Positions 38,814 to 48,672 of a stretch of 64,000 bases of DNA are shown in pieces. Source of the DNA: Candidatus Latescibacterota bacterium (GTDB taxonomy: Bacteria; Latescibacterota; UBA2968; UBA8231); contig OZ241889.1 in the NCBI GenBank assembly GCA_965203355.1, positions 512,001 to 576,000 of the forward strand, given 5' to 3'. The notes under the pieces are model-generated. The model was given only the letters and a program-made list of their open reading frames with translations. It was not told where the DNA came from and searched no databases. The translations under genes were made by a program, and so were the position numbers. Numbering within the stretch: position 1 is the stretch's first letter; each line of letters opens with the position of its first letter.

Positions 38814-39593
38814 GTGGGTGTGCTCGCCAACAAAATTTGTCTAATTACCGGCTCCACCGGCATCGCCGAGGCCACGGCACTACACGCAGCCGAGGAGGGA
38901 GCCAAGGTATTCGTCACCTCGCGGACGGAAACAAACTGTCGGGCCTTGGCCGAGAAGCTGGGGAAGCAGGGGGCGCACTGGGCCGCCGATCTGACGCAGC
39001 GGGAACAAGTCGCCGAGACCGTGCGGGCCTGCGTGGAGCAGTGGGGGCGGATCGATGGGTTGTTCAATGTGGCGGGGATCAGCGGGCGGCGCTTTGGCGA
39101 CGGGCCCCTGCACGAGTGTACAGAGGAAGGGTGGGACGCGACGTTGAACGCCAACGCGAAAAGCATGTTTTTGGTGTGCCGCGCCGTGCTACAACAGATG
39201 TTGCTCCAAGAACGGCACACGGACGGCGCACGGGGGGCGATCCTCAACATGGCTAGTGTGTTGGCCTTTGCGCCAGAGCGGAAGTTTTTCGCCGCGCATG
39301 CCTATGCGGCGAGCAAAGGGGCGATTGTGGCACTGAGTAAGGCTATGGCCAGCTACTACGCGCCGCACGGAATTCGGGTCAATGCCATTGCGCCCGCGCT
39401 GGTGGAGACGCCCATGAGCAAGCGGGCCGGAGAAAGCGCGGAGATCATGGCGTTTATGCGCGACAAGCAGCCACTTGGGGCGATGATGAGCACCGAAGAT
39501 GTGGCTGGGATGGCGGTCTTTTTGCTGGGGGATCGAGCGCGGGCCATTACCGGAACGGTGGCAACCGTAGATGCAGGTTGGTGCGTAAGTTGA
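38814..39593 (+). CDS. SDR family oxidoreductase
   Basis: ITGSTGI, NVAG, YAASK, GIRVNAIAP. Confidence 0.9.
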   Translation: MGVLANKICLITGSTGIAEATALHAAEEGAKVFVTSRTETNCRALAEKLGKQGAHWAADLTQREQVAETVRACVEQWGRIDGLFNVAGISGRRFGDGPLHECTEEGWDATLNANAKSMFLVCRAVLQQMLLQERHTDGARGAILNMASVLAFAPERKFFAAHAYAASKGAIVALSKAMASYYAPHGIRVNAIAPALVETPMSKRAGESAEIMAFMRDKQPLGAMMSTEDVAGMAVFLLGDRARAITGTVATVDAGWCVS

Positions 39594-39607
39594 CGCCAGG
39601 AGGGCGC

Positions 39608-40585
39608 ATGAAAGAATACGTCATTGGCTTTGACGTGGGCGGCACTCGGGTCAAAAGCGGCGCGGTGACTCGGCGCGGGCGGATGCTGGCACCGGGGCTC
39701 AATCCGTCGGGGTTTGCGCTCGGCATGGGCAACCTGCTGAAGACGCTCCAAGGTGAAGTCGCACGGATTTCCCAGCAGTTGGGCGGCAAGCCACAGGCCA
39801 TTGGCTTGGGCTTTCCCGGTGCGGTGGAGCCGGAGGTCGGGGTGGTGTACATGCCGGGGAAAATTAAAGGGCTTGAAGGGTATCCGATCGTCGAGCGGCT
39901 GGCCAAGGCTACGGGTCTGCCGGTCATCGCCGACAACGACGGCCGCATCTCCATCTACGCCGAGCGCTACTACGGCCTAGCGCGAGATGTCGAGTGGGCG
40001 GTGACGCTCACCCTCGGCACCGGCGTCGGCTCCGGGGTTTTGCTCGACGGCAAGATTTTGCGCGATCCGCATCTGCAATTCGGAACGCAAATGAGCCACA
40101 TCGTCATGCAGGCTCTTGGCGGGCGGCTGTGCCTGACCAACGCACGGGGCACGGCCGAGATGATGTGCTCGGCCACGGCGCTGACGCAGCAGGTGCGGGA
40201 CGGGCTGGCGCGCGGCATTCCCTCGGTGTTGAGCGACCAGTACTTCAAAGACCCCAACTCCATCGACTTCAAGGCCATAATCCGCGGCGTGAAGCGCCAA
40301 GACCGGCTCTGCGTTGACGAGCTGGAGCACTGGACTCGCAACTTGGGCTGGCTGCTGGTGAGCGCGGTACACGTGTATGCTCCTCTGCGCATCATCCTCA
40401 GCGGCGGAGCGACCAACGCGGCCGAGTACTTTCTCAAACCCCTGCAAAAGCAAGTTGACAACCACTTATTCCGCTATCCAGCCGACGCCGGCGTACCCAT
40501 CGCGCTATCCAAGCTGCGCGACCACGCCGGCGTTTTGGGGACCGCGGCCCTGGCTTGGGAAAAAGCCGATGGAGAAAAGACGTGA
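39608..40585 (+). CDS. ROK family sugar kinase
   Basis: GFDVGGTRVK, GFPG, DNDG, TLGTGVGSG, LSGG. Confidence 0.9.
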   Translation: MKEYVIGFDVGGTRVKSGAVTRRGRMLAPGLNPSGFALGMGNLLKTLQGEVARISQQLGGKPQAIGLGFPGAVEPEVGVVYMPGKIKGLEGYPIVERLAKATGLPVIADNDGRISIYAERYYGLARDVEWAVTLTLGTGVGSGVLLDGKILRDPHLQFGTQMSHIVMQALGGRLCLTNARGTAEMMCSATALTQQVRDGLARGIPSVLSDQYFKDPNSIDFKAIIRGVKRQDRLCVDELEHWTRNLGWLLVSAVHVYAPLRIILSGGATNAAEYFLKPLQKQVDNHLFRYPADAGVPIALSKLRDHAGVLGTAALAWEKADGEKT

Positions 40586-41610
40586 AAGAACAACCCCTGC
40601 GCACCACCGTTATCGGCTCCTACCCCTTTCCGAGTTGGCTCGACCACGCGGCTGAGCATCTAGCGGCCTTCGGGCCAGACGACATCGCCGAGATGCAGGA
40701 CGACGCGGTCGTTGCCGCGGTCGGCGACCAAGTGCGCGCCGGACTCGATGTCGTAACCGACGGCGAGCAGACCCGCTTTGATTTTAACCTTTCCTTTTAC
40801 GGCTATCTCGAAGGTATTGATCTAGAGTCCGCACCCCCGAGGCTCTTCGGCCCGCCCGCCCACGACCAGCGCGGTCGCCACGCAATCACCGGACCGCTGC
40901 AAGCACCGCACGGCTTGGGCGCGGTGGAGGAGTTTGCGCGGCTCAAGCGATTGGCGCCAGCAGGGCCGACGCTCAAGGCGAGCGTACCGGGGCCTTATAC
41001 CTTGAGCGGACGACTCGCGCCCAACGACCAGTACCCAGACCGCTGGAAGGTGACCGAGGCACTGCTGCCGATTGTGCGGAGCGAGTTGGAGGCACTCTGT
41101 GCGGCGGGTTGCACAGAACTGACCGTTGACGAGCCGTCGATGAGTTGCTATGCCCACCGCGAAGATCCAGCGCGCTTCGTCGACATCTTCAACCGCACGG
41201 TCGAATCCGTCGCGGGCCAGTGTCGGCTTTCAACCCACTTGTGCTTTGGCAACTACAAGGGCCGCGCCGTGGGGCTGCGCCGCTACGCGCCCATGTTCCC
41301 GGCCTTCTTGGACATGCAGGTCGATGAAATGCACGTCGAAATGGCCAGCCGCGAGTTCGCCGAGTTGGAAATCATCGGCCAAATCGCCGCGAAGATGGAC
41401 GTGGCTGTGGGGATTGTCGATGTGAAGAGCTACTATATTGAAACCGCAGCGGACATTGCGGCGCGGGTGGAGGCATGCCTGGCGTATGCCCCGGCTGACA
41501 AGCTCTCTTTTGCGCCCGATTGCGGGCTAAGCCAAACGGCGCGTTGGGCAGCGCGGCAGAAGTTGGAGAACATGGTGGCTGGGGTGAGGGCCGTGCGAGA
41601 GAAGCTGTGA
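40582..41610 (+). CDS. Cobalamin-independent methionine synthase II family protein
   Basis: TTVIGSYP, VTDGEQ, PGPYTL, DEP, HLCFGN, PDCGL. Confidence 0.9.
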   Translation: MKEQPLRTTVIGSYPFPSWLDHAAEHLAAFGPDDIAEMQDDAVVAAVGDQVRAGLDVVTDGEQTRFDFNLSFYGYLEGIDLESAPPRLFGPPAHDQRGRHAITGPLQAPHGLGAVEEFARLKRLAPAGPTLKASVPGPYTLSGRLAPNDQYPDRWKVTEALLPIVRSELEALCAAGCTELTVDEPSMSCYAHREDPARFVDIFNRTVESVAGQCRLSTHLCFGNYKGRAVGLRRYAPMFPAFLDMQVDEMHVEMASREFAELEIIGQIAAKMDVAVGIVDVKSYYIETAADIAARVEACLAYAPADKLSFAPDCGLSQTARWAARQKLENMVAGVRAVREKL

Positions 41611-41731
41611 TATTGCCAACGCAGCGAGAAACAGTGACCAGCCCGAGGCCCGATCGCTACAAAGTCTCCACAGCGGAATACGTCCAGTACCAGAAGTCGT
41701 CGAGCACTTGGTTGATGTGGAAGAAAAAGCC
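41607..41731 (+). pseudogene. Truncated N-terminus of a PhyH-like gene
   Basis: GTG overlaps the upstream TGA; ...YKVSTAEYVQYQK then, after a frameshift, VVEHLVDVEE, running straight into the REase start. Confidence 0.45.
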
Positions 41732-42685
41732 ATGCCTGACTTAACTAAAGCCACGCGACTCCGAGCAAAAGCCTCATTCTCGAGTGCATTACAGAACTTT
41801 GTCCAGAGAATGAGTGAGCATGTTAGCACAGAGGACGGAACATGGACTGTTAAGGGCTTCATCGACATTTACCGGAATATCTATACCATCAGTCCAGACA
41901 CGAAAATTATCTCAAAGATTCTCGAGATCCATCTTTTTCCCCAGATTCTTAAGTTTGCACAAGAATACGACTACTCGATCGTACTGGCTGAGAAACAGAA
42001 TTGGTACCCCGACCTAAGTTTCGTCAGTCAAGCTGATCCAAACCTCAAGTTCGCGGTTGATCTGAAAACGACATATCGAGACCTTAAATCTCCTGGACAT
42101 GTCAACGGATTCACGCTCGGTAGTCACGGTGCGTACTTTAAAAATCGAGAGTCAAGAAAAAATATCCAGTTTCCATATAGCGACTACTCGGGACACTTTT
42201 GTTTCGGCATAATCTACACTCGAGCAGAGGCCAAAGATATCGACGATCCTAAAGTCATCAACGTTCGCGAACTCAACGAGGACAAAGAGTCGCCTCTTCG
42301 CTCAGTGCAACGCGCTGTAAAGACAGTGGAAAATCTCTGCTCCATTGTATCGGTGATCAAGGATTTTCAATTTTTCGTCTGTGAGAAATGGCAATTAGCC
42401 AGTGATCGACAAGGTTCTGGGAATACGGCCAACATTGGATCGATCACTGCCATTGACGACATTTTGCAAGGGAATGGAATCTTTGCGAAGCTAGGAGAGG
42501 ATTGGTTTGACGAGTACTGGATGAACTACGGCGTTACAAAAATGAAGACGGATGGAAAAACGATACCAATTAAGAGGCTTGAAGATTTTGTCGCTTTCAA
42601 AGGAGGCGACAAGGACATGATTGTCCCCGTCAAAAAGAAGAGAAAAGAGGCAAAACGTGAGGCGCGTCGTCACTCCTCCGCTTAA
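41732..42685 (+). CDS. EcoRV-family type II restriction endonuclease
   Basis: DTKIISKILE, QNWYPD, AVDLKTTY, GFTLGS, NIQFPY, GSGNTANIGSI correspond to EcoRV motifs (QNHYPD, DIKTTY, GSGNTTNIGSI). Confidence 0.9.
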   Translation: MPDLTKATRLRAKASFSSALQNFVQRMSEHVSTEDGTWTVKGFIDIYRNIYTISPDTKIISKILEIHLFPQILKFAQEYDYSIVLAEKQNWYPDLSFVSQADPNLKFAVDLKTTYRDLKSPGHVNGFTLGSHGAYFKNRESRKNIQFPYSDYSGHFCFGIIYTRAEAKDIDDPKVINVRELNEDKESPLRSVQRAVKTVENLCSIVSVIKDFQFFVCEKWQLASDRQGSGNTANIGSITAIDDILQGNGIFAKLGEDWFDEYWMNYGVTKMKTDGKTIPIKRLEDFVAFKGGDKDMIVPVKKKRKEAKREARRHSSA

Positions 42686-43604
42686 AAGCCAAGGAATCAA
42701 GACCAAACTGGTGCCGTGGATACAGGCTCTCGTGCCCAAAGTCAAGGGACGATGGATAGAGCCATTTTTGGGGACTGGCGTCGTCGCCTTTAACGCGGGA
42801 TTCAAGGAGACCCTACTCGGTGATACCAATCCCCACATTATCCACTTCTACCAGCAGATTCAACAGGGTGTCATCCATCCCCCGCACGTTCGCGCCTATC
42901 TCGAAAAAGAAGGATTACATCTGCGACAGGCCGGTAGCAATGGATACGACCACTTCACCTATATAAAGGAACGCTTCAATCGGAACCACGACCCACTCGA
43001 CTTCTTATTTCTCTCCAGAGCCGGATTCAATGGGATGATGCGCTTCAACAAGAAAGGCGAATGGAACATTCCCTTCTGCAAAAAGCCAGAGCGCTTCAGC
43101 CGTTCCTACATCACCAAAATAGTAAACCAAGTCCGCGATGTGGCCTGCCTAATTCAACCGGGATGGACGTTTGAAATCGCCCCATTCGAGGCCGTGATTG
43201 AACAGGCAACCAGCGATGACATCATCTACTGCGATCCACCCTACACTGGTCGTCATGTTGATTACTACAATGGCTGGACGGAGGCCGACGAAGCGCGGCT
43301 TTGTCAACTGCTTTCGGCGACTCCGGCGCGGTTTATTCTTTCTACGTGGCATCACAACGACTATCGAGAAAACGAAATGGTAGCACGCCATTGGAACCGG
43401 TTCAACATCATAACCCGCGATCACTTTTACCATTCCGGTGGCAAGATAGAGAACAGACGCTCGGTTGTCGAAGCATTGGTTTTCAACTTTTCAGCCCACA
43501 TCGAACATCATAATCACGGCGTGTTACCCAAGCCAGAACAGCTCATGCTACTCAAAGAACGGGCTGAGTACGTCGCTCGGCAATTGAAGCGAGTGTGCGC
43601 GTAG
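42657..43604 (+). CDS. Dam-family (alpha-class) N6-adenine DNA methyltransferase, M.EcoRV-like
   Basis: PPLKSQGIKTKLV, EPFLGTGVV, FNGMMRFN, YCDPPY, LSTWH; overlaps the REase 3' end. Confidence 0.92.
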   Translation: MRRVVTPPLKSQGIKTKLVPWIQALVPKVKGRWIEPFLGTGVVAFNAGFKETLLGDTNPHIIHFYQQIQQGVIHPPHVRAYLEKEGLHLRQAGSNGYDHFTYIKERFNRNHDPLDFLFLSRAGFNGMMRFNKKGEWNIPFCKKPERFSRSYITKIVNQVRDVACLIQPGWTFEIAPFEAVIEQATSDDIIYCDPPYTGRHVDYYNGWTEADEARLCQLLSATPARFILSTWHHNDYRENEMVARHWNRFNIITRDHFYHSGGKIENRRSVVEALVFNFSAHIEHHNHGVLPKPEQLMLLKERAEYVARQLKRVCA

Positions 43605-43684
43605 CGTCCACCGACAGCTTTTCGAGGCAACCTTCAGCATCTCATTCGCGTCTGCGTCGATCAATTCCAATTGGTTTTGGCATC

Positions 43685-44491
43685 CTAGGGCCTGTGATCC
43701 GTGTCGATGGGCACTTCGTCGTTGTCTAGGAAGCGCTCGGTGGTATTGTGGGTCGCCGGACTAGTGCGGAAATCGGCGATCCAAGGCTGGCGGAAATAAG
43801 CCTGCTTTTCGCGTGGCAGACTGTGTAGCACCACCGGGGGAATCTTCAGCCGATGCCAGTGGGTAGCCAAATGCGAATAGGCGTTTAATACGGTGACGCG
43901 CGGGGTATCGCGGCGCCATACCGGCCCGGCGTGACACAAGTTTTCCGTAAAAAAGACCGCGCTGCCAGCCGGGCAAGCGTACGTGGTGAGGAAGGGACTG
44001 CGCTTGCCTTCTTCCAGCGACAGATGATCTTCGTGGATGGGAAATTCCGACTTGTGGCTGCCGATTAAGAAATGGGTGCTCTGATCTGCTAGCGCGATCT
44101 CCGTCAGTTCAAAAATAACCCGCACCATACCGGCGTGGATGCGCCCGTTTTTCACCCGATAGCCAAAAATGGGATCGGCCTGGCTGGGGCCACCCCCGTG
44201 TAGCGGACCGTGCGCCTCGCCCTTTTGGCGCCAGACGCAACTACAGCCTTCCAATCTTATATCCGGTCCGATTACCTCCCGAATTACATCAACTACCTGA
44301 GGGTGATCGATCAGTAGGCTGGCCGGGCCGCCGGGCACGTCGCGGTGTTCGGGCGGCAGCGATTCGGGGGCGTGCTTGATGCGGTTGATCTGATCGACGA
44401 TGGCCGCGATTTCGGCGGGCGTCAAGATGGCGGGGCGCACCAAAAAGCCGGTGAGGTCAAAGCGGAAGCGTTCTTCTTCGGTCATGGCCAT
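43685..44491 (-). CDS. PhyH-family Fe/2OG enzyme with non-canonical HxG motif
   Basis: FDLTGFLV, LIDHP, PLHGG, IGSHK, AGSAVFF, LCHAG. Confidence 0.85.
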   Translation of the reverse strand: MAMTEEERFRFDLTGFLVRPAILTPAEIAAIVDQINRIKHAPESLPPEHRDVPGGPASLLIDHPQVVDVIREVIGPDIRLEGCSCVWRQKGEAHGPLHGGGPSQADPIFGYRVKNGRIHAGMVRVIFELTEIALADQSTHFLIGSHKSEFPIHEDHLSLEEGKRSPFLTTYACPAGSAVFFTENLCHAGPVWRRDTPRVTVLNAYSHLATHWHRLKIPPVVLHSLPREKQAYFRQPWIADFRTSPATHNTTERFLDNDEVPIDTDHRP

Positions 44492-44796
44492 AATGTTTTT
44501 CTTGAGATAGAAAGCGGGCCGGTCTCGCGCAGCCGAGATCGAAACCGAAAATAGAGGAAACAAAACGGTGCTCAAGATACCCCAATGCGCCGCTGCAATC
44601 AAGCAGTGGTTACAGACAAAGCAAGTCCGCGCAAAAAAATGGGCCACCCCCTGAGTGGACATCCATCGCCCAGCTTTTGCGCTAACTCTTGAAGGCAATA
44701 TATCTTGAAGGCCGCCTTGGCACTCAGCGGGCAAACGGCGCGTTTCGCCGGGCAACCGAACCAAAAAGCCAACTCGGAAAAGGAGAACTGACTTCC

Positions 44797-45633
44797 ATGA
44801 GCGAGTCAAAGAGCGATGCAACTTATACGATGGGACGCACCCAAGAGGAGGCGGATCGTCTCATTCAGCAGTCGCAACTGTACGACGCCGTGACGCGGCG
44901 TTTTTTTAGCGAAGCGGGTATCAGCCGCGGGATGAAGGTGCTCGACATTGGCAGCGGTGCCGGCGATGTGGCCATGACCGCCGCCGAGTTGGTCGGGCCA
45001 GAAGGGGCTGTCGTGGGCGTGGATGTAAATCCGGCGATTCTCGAAACGGCACAAGCACGGGCGCAGGGAGCCGGATTCACCAACGTCGAATTTGTCGCCG
45101 GGGATGCCCGGGCCTTGGACTTGGGGAACGACTTCAACGCCGTGATCGGGCGGCTAGTCCTTATGTACATGGCCGATCCCGCCGACGCCTTGCAACAGCT
45201 CGCAACTCGCTTATGTCCGGGGGGAATCGTGGCTTTTCAGGAGGCTGATTTCACGCCCTACCAGCAGGTGCATAGTCCAGACACGCCTTTGGCAAACGAG
45301 CTGATCGGCTGGATACTCGAGGTATTCGAGCGTTCTGGAGCCCATATCGACATGGGCTTCGGCCTGTACCGCGCTTTTGTCGAGGCGGGCCTGCCCAAGC
45401 CGTACATGCACTGCGAGTATCCGGTCGGCGGGCCGGACGGTTGGGCCGGATACCAATACGCTGTCAACAGCTTGCGCAGCCTGATTCCGCTCCTCGAACA
45501 GTACGGCATCGCCACCGCGGCAGAGATCGACATAGAAACCCTAGCCGAGCGGATTCGGCGAGAAGTGGTGGTGTCAAAACGCCCGATACGCTTAGCACCC
45601 CATGTAACCGCTTGGGCGCAGCTTGCGAGCTAA
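44797..45633 (+). CDS. Class I SAM-dependent methyltransferase
   Basis: KVLDIGSGAGDV, VVGVD, IGRLVLMY, PGGIVAFQE. Confidence 0.9.
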   Translation: MSESKSDATYTMGRTQEEADRLIQQSQLYDAVTRRFFSEAGISRGMKVLDIGSGAGDVAMTAAELVGPEGAVVGVDVNPAILETAQARAQGAGFTNVEFVAGDARALDLGNDFNAVIGRLVLMYMADPADALQQLATRLCPGGIVAFQEADFTPYQQVHSPDTPLANELIGWILEVFERSGAHIDMGFGLYRAFVEAGLPKPYMHCEYPVGGPDGWAGYQYAVNSLRSLIPLLEQYGIATAAEIDIETLAERIRREVVVSKRPIRLAPHVTAWAQLAS

Positions 45634-45637
45634 GACC

Positions 45638-46714
45638 ATGAGCAAATGGAAAATCGCCGGGATCAACTTCGATCATCTACACATGAGCGACAATTTGCGC
45701 ATGGCCTTTGAGCACCCAAGCGTCGAAATCGTCGGCATCTGCGACGAGCGGCCCGAGCGCATGAAGCAAGCGTGCGAGAATTTTTCCATTCCGGCGAACC
45801 GGGTTTTCAGCGACTACCGGGAATGTCTGGAAAAGACCCAGCCGGACATCGTCCTTTTGTGTCCAGCCACCGCCGAGCACGGGGCGTGGACCGAAAAGGT
45901 CGCGCCCTTCGGCACGCACATCATCATGGAAAAACCCTTCGCCGCCACCCTCGCCGAGGCGGACCGGATGCAACGCGCCATGGCGGGGACGGGCAAACTG
46001 TTGGCGATCAACTGGCCGCTGGCTTGGTATCCACCGCACCGCACCGCACGGCGGCTCATAGCCGAAGGCGAGATCGGCGAGGTGATCGAAGTTCACTACT
46101 ACGACGGCAACCGAGGGCCGCTGTGGCACCTCGCCGACAAAGTGGAGCGCACCGCCGACGCTGTCGAGCGAGAAAAGCCCAAGAGTTGGTTTTACAAAAA
46201 GGAGGCGGGCGGTGGCTCCCTACTGGATTACCTAGGCTACGGCACCACATTGGGCACTTGGTACATGGATGGCCGGGCGCCAATTGAAGTGACAGCCACC
46301 GTAGATCAGCCGCCGGGGCTCGAAGTGGACGAGCACTGCATTGCGGTGGCGCGCTACGAGCGGGGCTTGTCGAAATTTGAGACGCGCTGGGGCACCTTTA
46401 CCGATCCTTGGACCCGGCAACCCCAGCCCAAGTGCGGCTTCGTCATTGTCGGCAGCGAGGGCACGATCAGTTCCTACGACTACGAGGAGGTAATCCGCGT
46501 ACAGACGCGGGCGCAGCCAGCAACCGAGGAACGGCCAGTAGATAGGCTCGAACCGCCTTTTCAGAATCCCGTCCAGTACGTGATTCACTGCCTTGAAGAG
46601 GACCAACCCATTGAGGGGCCGCTCTCGCCGGCACTGTGCCGCATCGGCCAACAGATCGTCGATACGGCTTGTCAGAGCGCCGTGCAGAAGCGCACGTTAC
46701 CGCTGATTCAATAG
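45638..46714 (+). CDS. Gfo/Idh/MocA family oxidoreductase
   Basis: GINFDHLH, MEKP, GGGSLLDYLGYG. Confidence 0.9.
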   Translation: MSKWKIAGINFDHLHMSDNLRMAFEHPSVEIVGICDERPERMKQACENFSIPANRVFSDYRECLEKTQPDIVLLCPATAEHGAWTEKVAPFGTHIIMEKPFAATLAEADRMQRAMAGTGKLLAINWPLAWYPPHRTARRLIAEGEIGEVIEVHYYDGNRGPLWHLADKVERTADAVEREKPKSWFYKKEAGGGSLLDYLGYGTTLGTWYMDGRAPIEVTATVDQPPGLEVDEHCIAVARYERGLSKFETRWGTFTDPWTRQPQPKCGFVIVGSEGTISSYDYEEVIRVQTRAQPATEERPVDRLEPPFQNPVQYVIHCLEEDQPIEGPLSPALCRIGQQIVDTACQSAVQKRTLPLIQ

Positions 46715-46717
46715 CGC

Positions 46718-47836
46718 ATGGCAGCAGGCCAAGACAGCGGCTATGGCCGAGGCAAAACCGGATCAGAGGCCGCAGTAGAAGCCCCGGACTTACCCTACCA
46801 GCCACGCGACCCAGCGACCTATCGTCCGCGGATCGGCCTAATCGGCTGCGGCGGCATCTCCGAGATGCACTTGCGGGCCTACCAAAACGCCGGCTATGAG
46901 GTCGCAGCCCTGTGCAGCCGCGATCGGGGGCGCGTCGCGCAGCGGCAGCGGGCATTCTATCCGGCGGCTGACACATACCTCGACTATCGGGACCTGCTCG
47001 CCCGCGACGATATTGAGGTGGTGGACGTTACGCCGCATCCACAAGATCGACTGCCGATCCTCGAAGCGGCCATTGACGCCGGCAAACACATCCTCAGCCA
47101 GAAGCCTTTTGTGCTCGATTTGGATGTGGGCGAGGCACTGATTGCGCGGGCTGAGCGGCGCGGTGTGCAACTGGCCGTCAATCAAAATGGCCGCTGGGCA
47201 CCGCATTTCAGCTACATGCGCCACGCAGTGGCCGCTGGTTTGGTCGGCCAAGTGCAGAGCGTCGAGTTCGCCGTGCATTGGGATCACAATTGGATCGCCG
47301 GCTCGGCCTTTGACCTGGTGGAAGACCTGATACTCTACGACTTTGGGATGCACTGGTTTGACATGGCGGCGGTGCTCTTAGGCGACGAAACGCCGCAACG
47401 AGTCCAAGCCTCAGCCCGGCACGCAGCCGATCAAGGCGCCAAACCGCCGCTTTTGGCTCAAGCCGCGATTGAGTGCGCGGGCGCACAGGCGACGATTTTC
47501 TTTAACGGCAATACACGTCAAGGGCAACAGGACCGCACCTATCTCGTCGGCACGGAGGGCACCCTAGGGGCCAGCGGCGTGGATCTGACGGCGCAGGAAG
47601 TTACTTTGTACACCGCCGCAGGCGTGGCCCGGCCCCCGCTTGTGGGGACGTGGTTTGAGCAGGGGTTTCACGGGACCATGGCCGAGCTGCTCTGCGCTGT
47701 CGAAGAGGGCCGCGAGCCGAGCAACAGTGCCCGCGCTAATCTCGCGAGTTTGGCGCTGTGCTTTGCGGCCGTGGCGAGCGCTCACCGCGGCGCGCCGATC
47801 GCGCCGGGGACGGTGCGGCGCTTGCCAACCCGATAG
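46718..47836 (+). CDS. Gfo/Idh/MocA family oxidoreductase
   Basis: IGLIGCGGI, SQKP, NQNGRW, DFGMHWFD. Confidence 0.9.
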   Translation: MAAGQDSGYGRGKTGSEAAVEAPDLPYQPRDPATYRPRIGLIGCGGISEMHLRAYQNAGYEVAALCSRDRGRVAQRQRAFYPAADTYLDYRDLLARDDIEVVDVTPHPQDRLPILEAAIDAGKHILSQKPFVLDLDVGEALIARAERRGVQLAVNQNGRWAPHFSYMRHAVAAGLVGQVQSVEFAVHWDHNWIAGSAFDLVEDLILYDFGMHWFDMAAVLLGDETPQRVQASARHAADQGAKPPLLAQAAIECAGAQATIFFNGNTRQGQQDRTYLVGTEGTLGASGVDLTAQEVTLYTAAGVARPPLVGTWFEQGFHGTMAELLCAVEEGREPSNSARANLASLALCFAAVASAHRGAPIAPGTVRRLPTR

Positions 47837-47861
47837 ACGGCAATCCGCTTGGAGATTTCCC

Positions 47862-48065
47862 ATGAATGCAGCCTGCCTACAGCACATGTTGACCGAGGAG
47901 GAGCACCTGATGGATTGCGGCATCCGATCCGCTAGGTGCCGGACCAAGCGGCGGGCATGGCTACACTGGGCCGCAAGAAGAAGACGCGCCGCTGAGAGCA
48001 TCTGGGGGACGAAGCGGTCGTGCGGTGAGCGAATGGCATTGGTAGTCCCCCAAAAAGCGTCTTAA
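47862..48065 (+). pseudogene. Possible degraded PhyH-like gene remnant
   Basis: GGAG RBS plus MNAACLQHMLTEEEH, resembling PhyH N-termini (cf. MTEEER at 44485); the rest is unrecognisable. Confidence 0.3.
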
Positions 48066-48178
48066 TTTAATTGACTCCGCGCTGGTGCTCTTGACGCGCC
48101 GGCAGACTGTACAACGATCTGCGTCGTCCCACGTACACGGCTGACGCAGACGCAACCGATGGCGAAAGGAGATTTCCA

Positions 48179-48670
48179 ATGGCCGTTATCAATGAACTGC
48201 TCGAAAACAACGCCCGCTATGCCGAAAGCTTCGACAAGGGCGCCCTGCCCCTGCCGCCAAGGCTGCGCTTGGCGGTGGTGGCCTGCATGGACGCACGCAT
48301 CGACACGCACAGCCTGTTGGGGATCGCGGAAGGGGACGCGCACGTGATTCGGAATGCGGGCGGCGTGATAACCGACGACGCGATTCGTTCGCTGACTATT
48401 TCGCAGCGGCTACTGGGCACGACTTCGATCATGCTCATCCACCACACGGACTGCGGCATGCTGACGTTCCGCGACGACGACGTGAAGGACGAGATCGCCG
48501 CCGACACCGGCATCCGCCCGGCCTTTTCCCTAGAGGCGTTTGGCGATCTTGAGCAGGACGTACGGCAGTCAATCGCCCGCATTCAGGCCAGCCCGTTCAT
48601 CCCAAACAAGGACGACGTGCGGGGATTCGTCTATGACTGCGCCACCGGAAAGCTGAACGAAGTCGTCTGA
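48179..48670 (+). CDS. Beta-class carbonic anhydrase (clade D-like)
   Basis: ACMDAR, HVIRNAGG, HHTDCGM zinc ligands. Confidence 0.93.
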   Translation: MAVINELLENNARYAESFDKGALPLPPRLRLAVVACMDARIDTHSLLGIAEGDAHVIRNAGGVITDDAIRSLTISQRLLGTTSIMLIHHTDCGMLTFRDDDVKDEIAADTGIRPAFSLEAFGDLEQDVRQSIARIQASPFIPNKDDVRGFVYDCATGKLNEVV

Positions 48671-48672
48671 AC

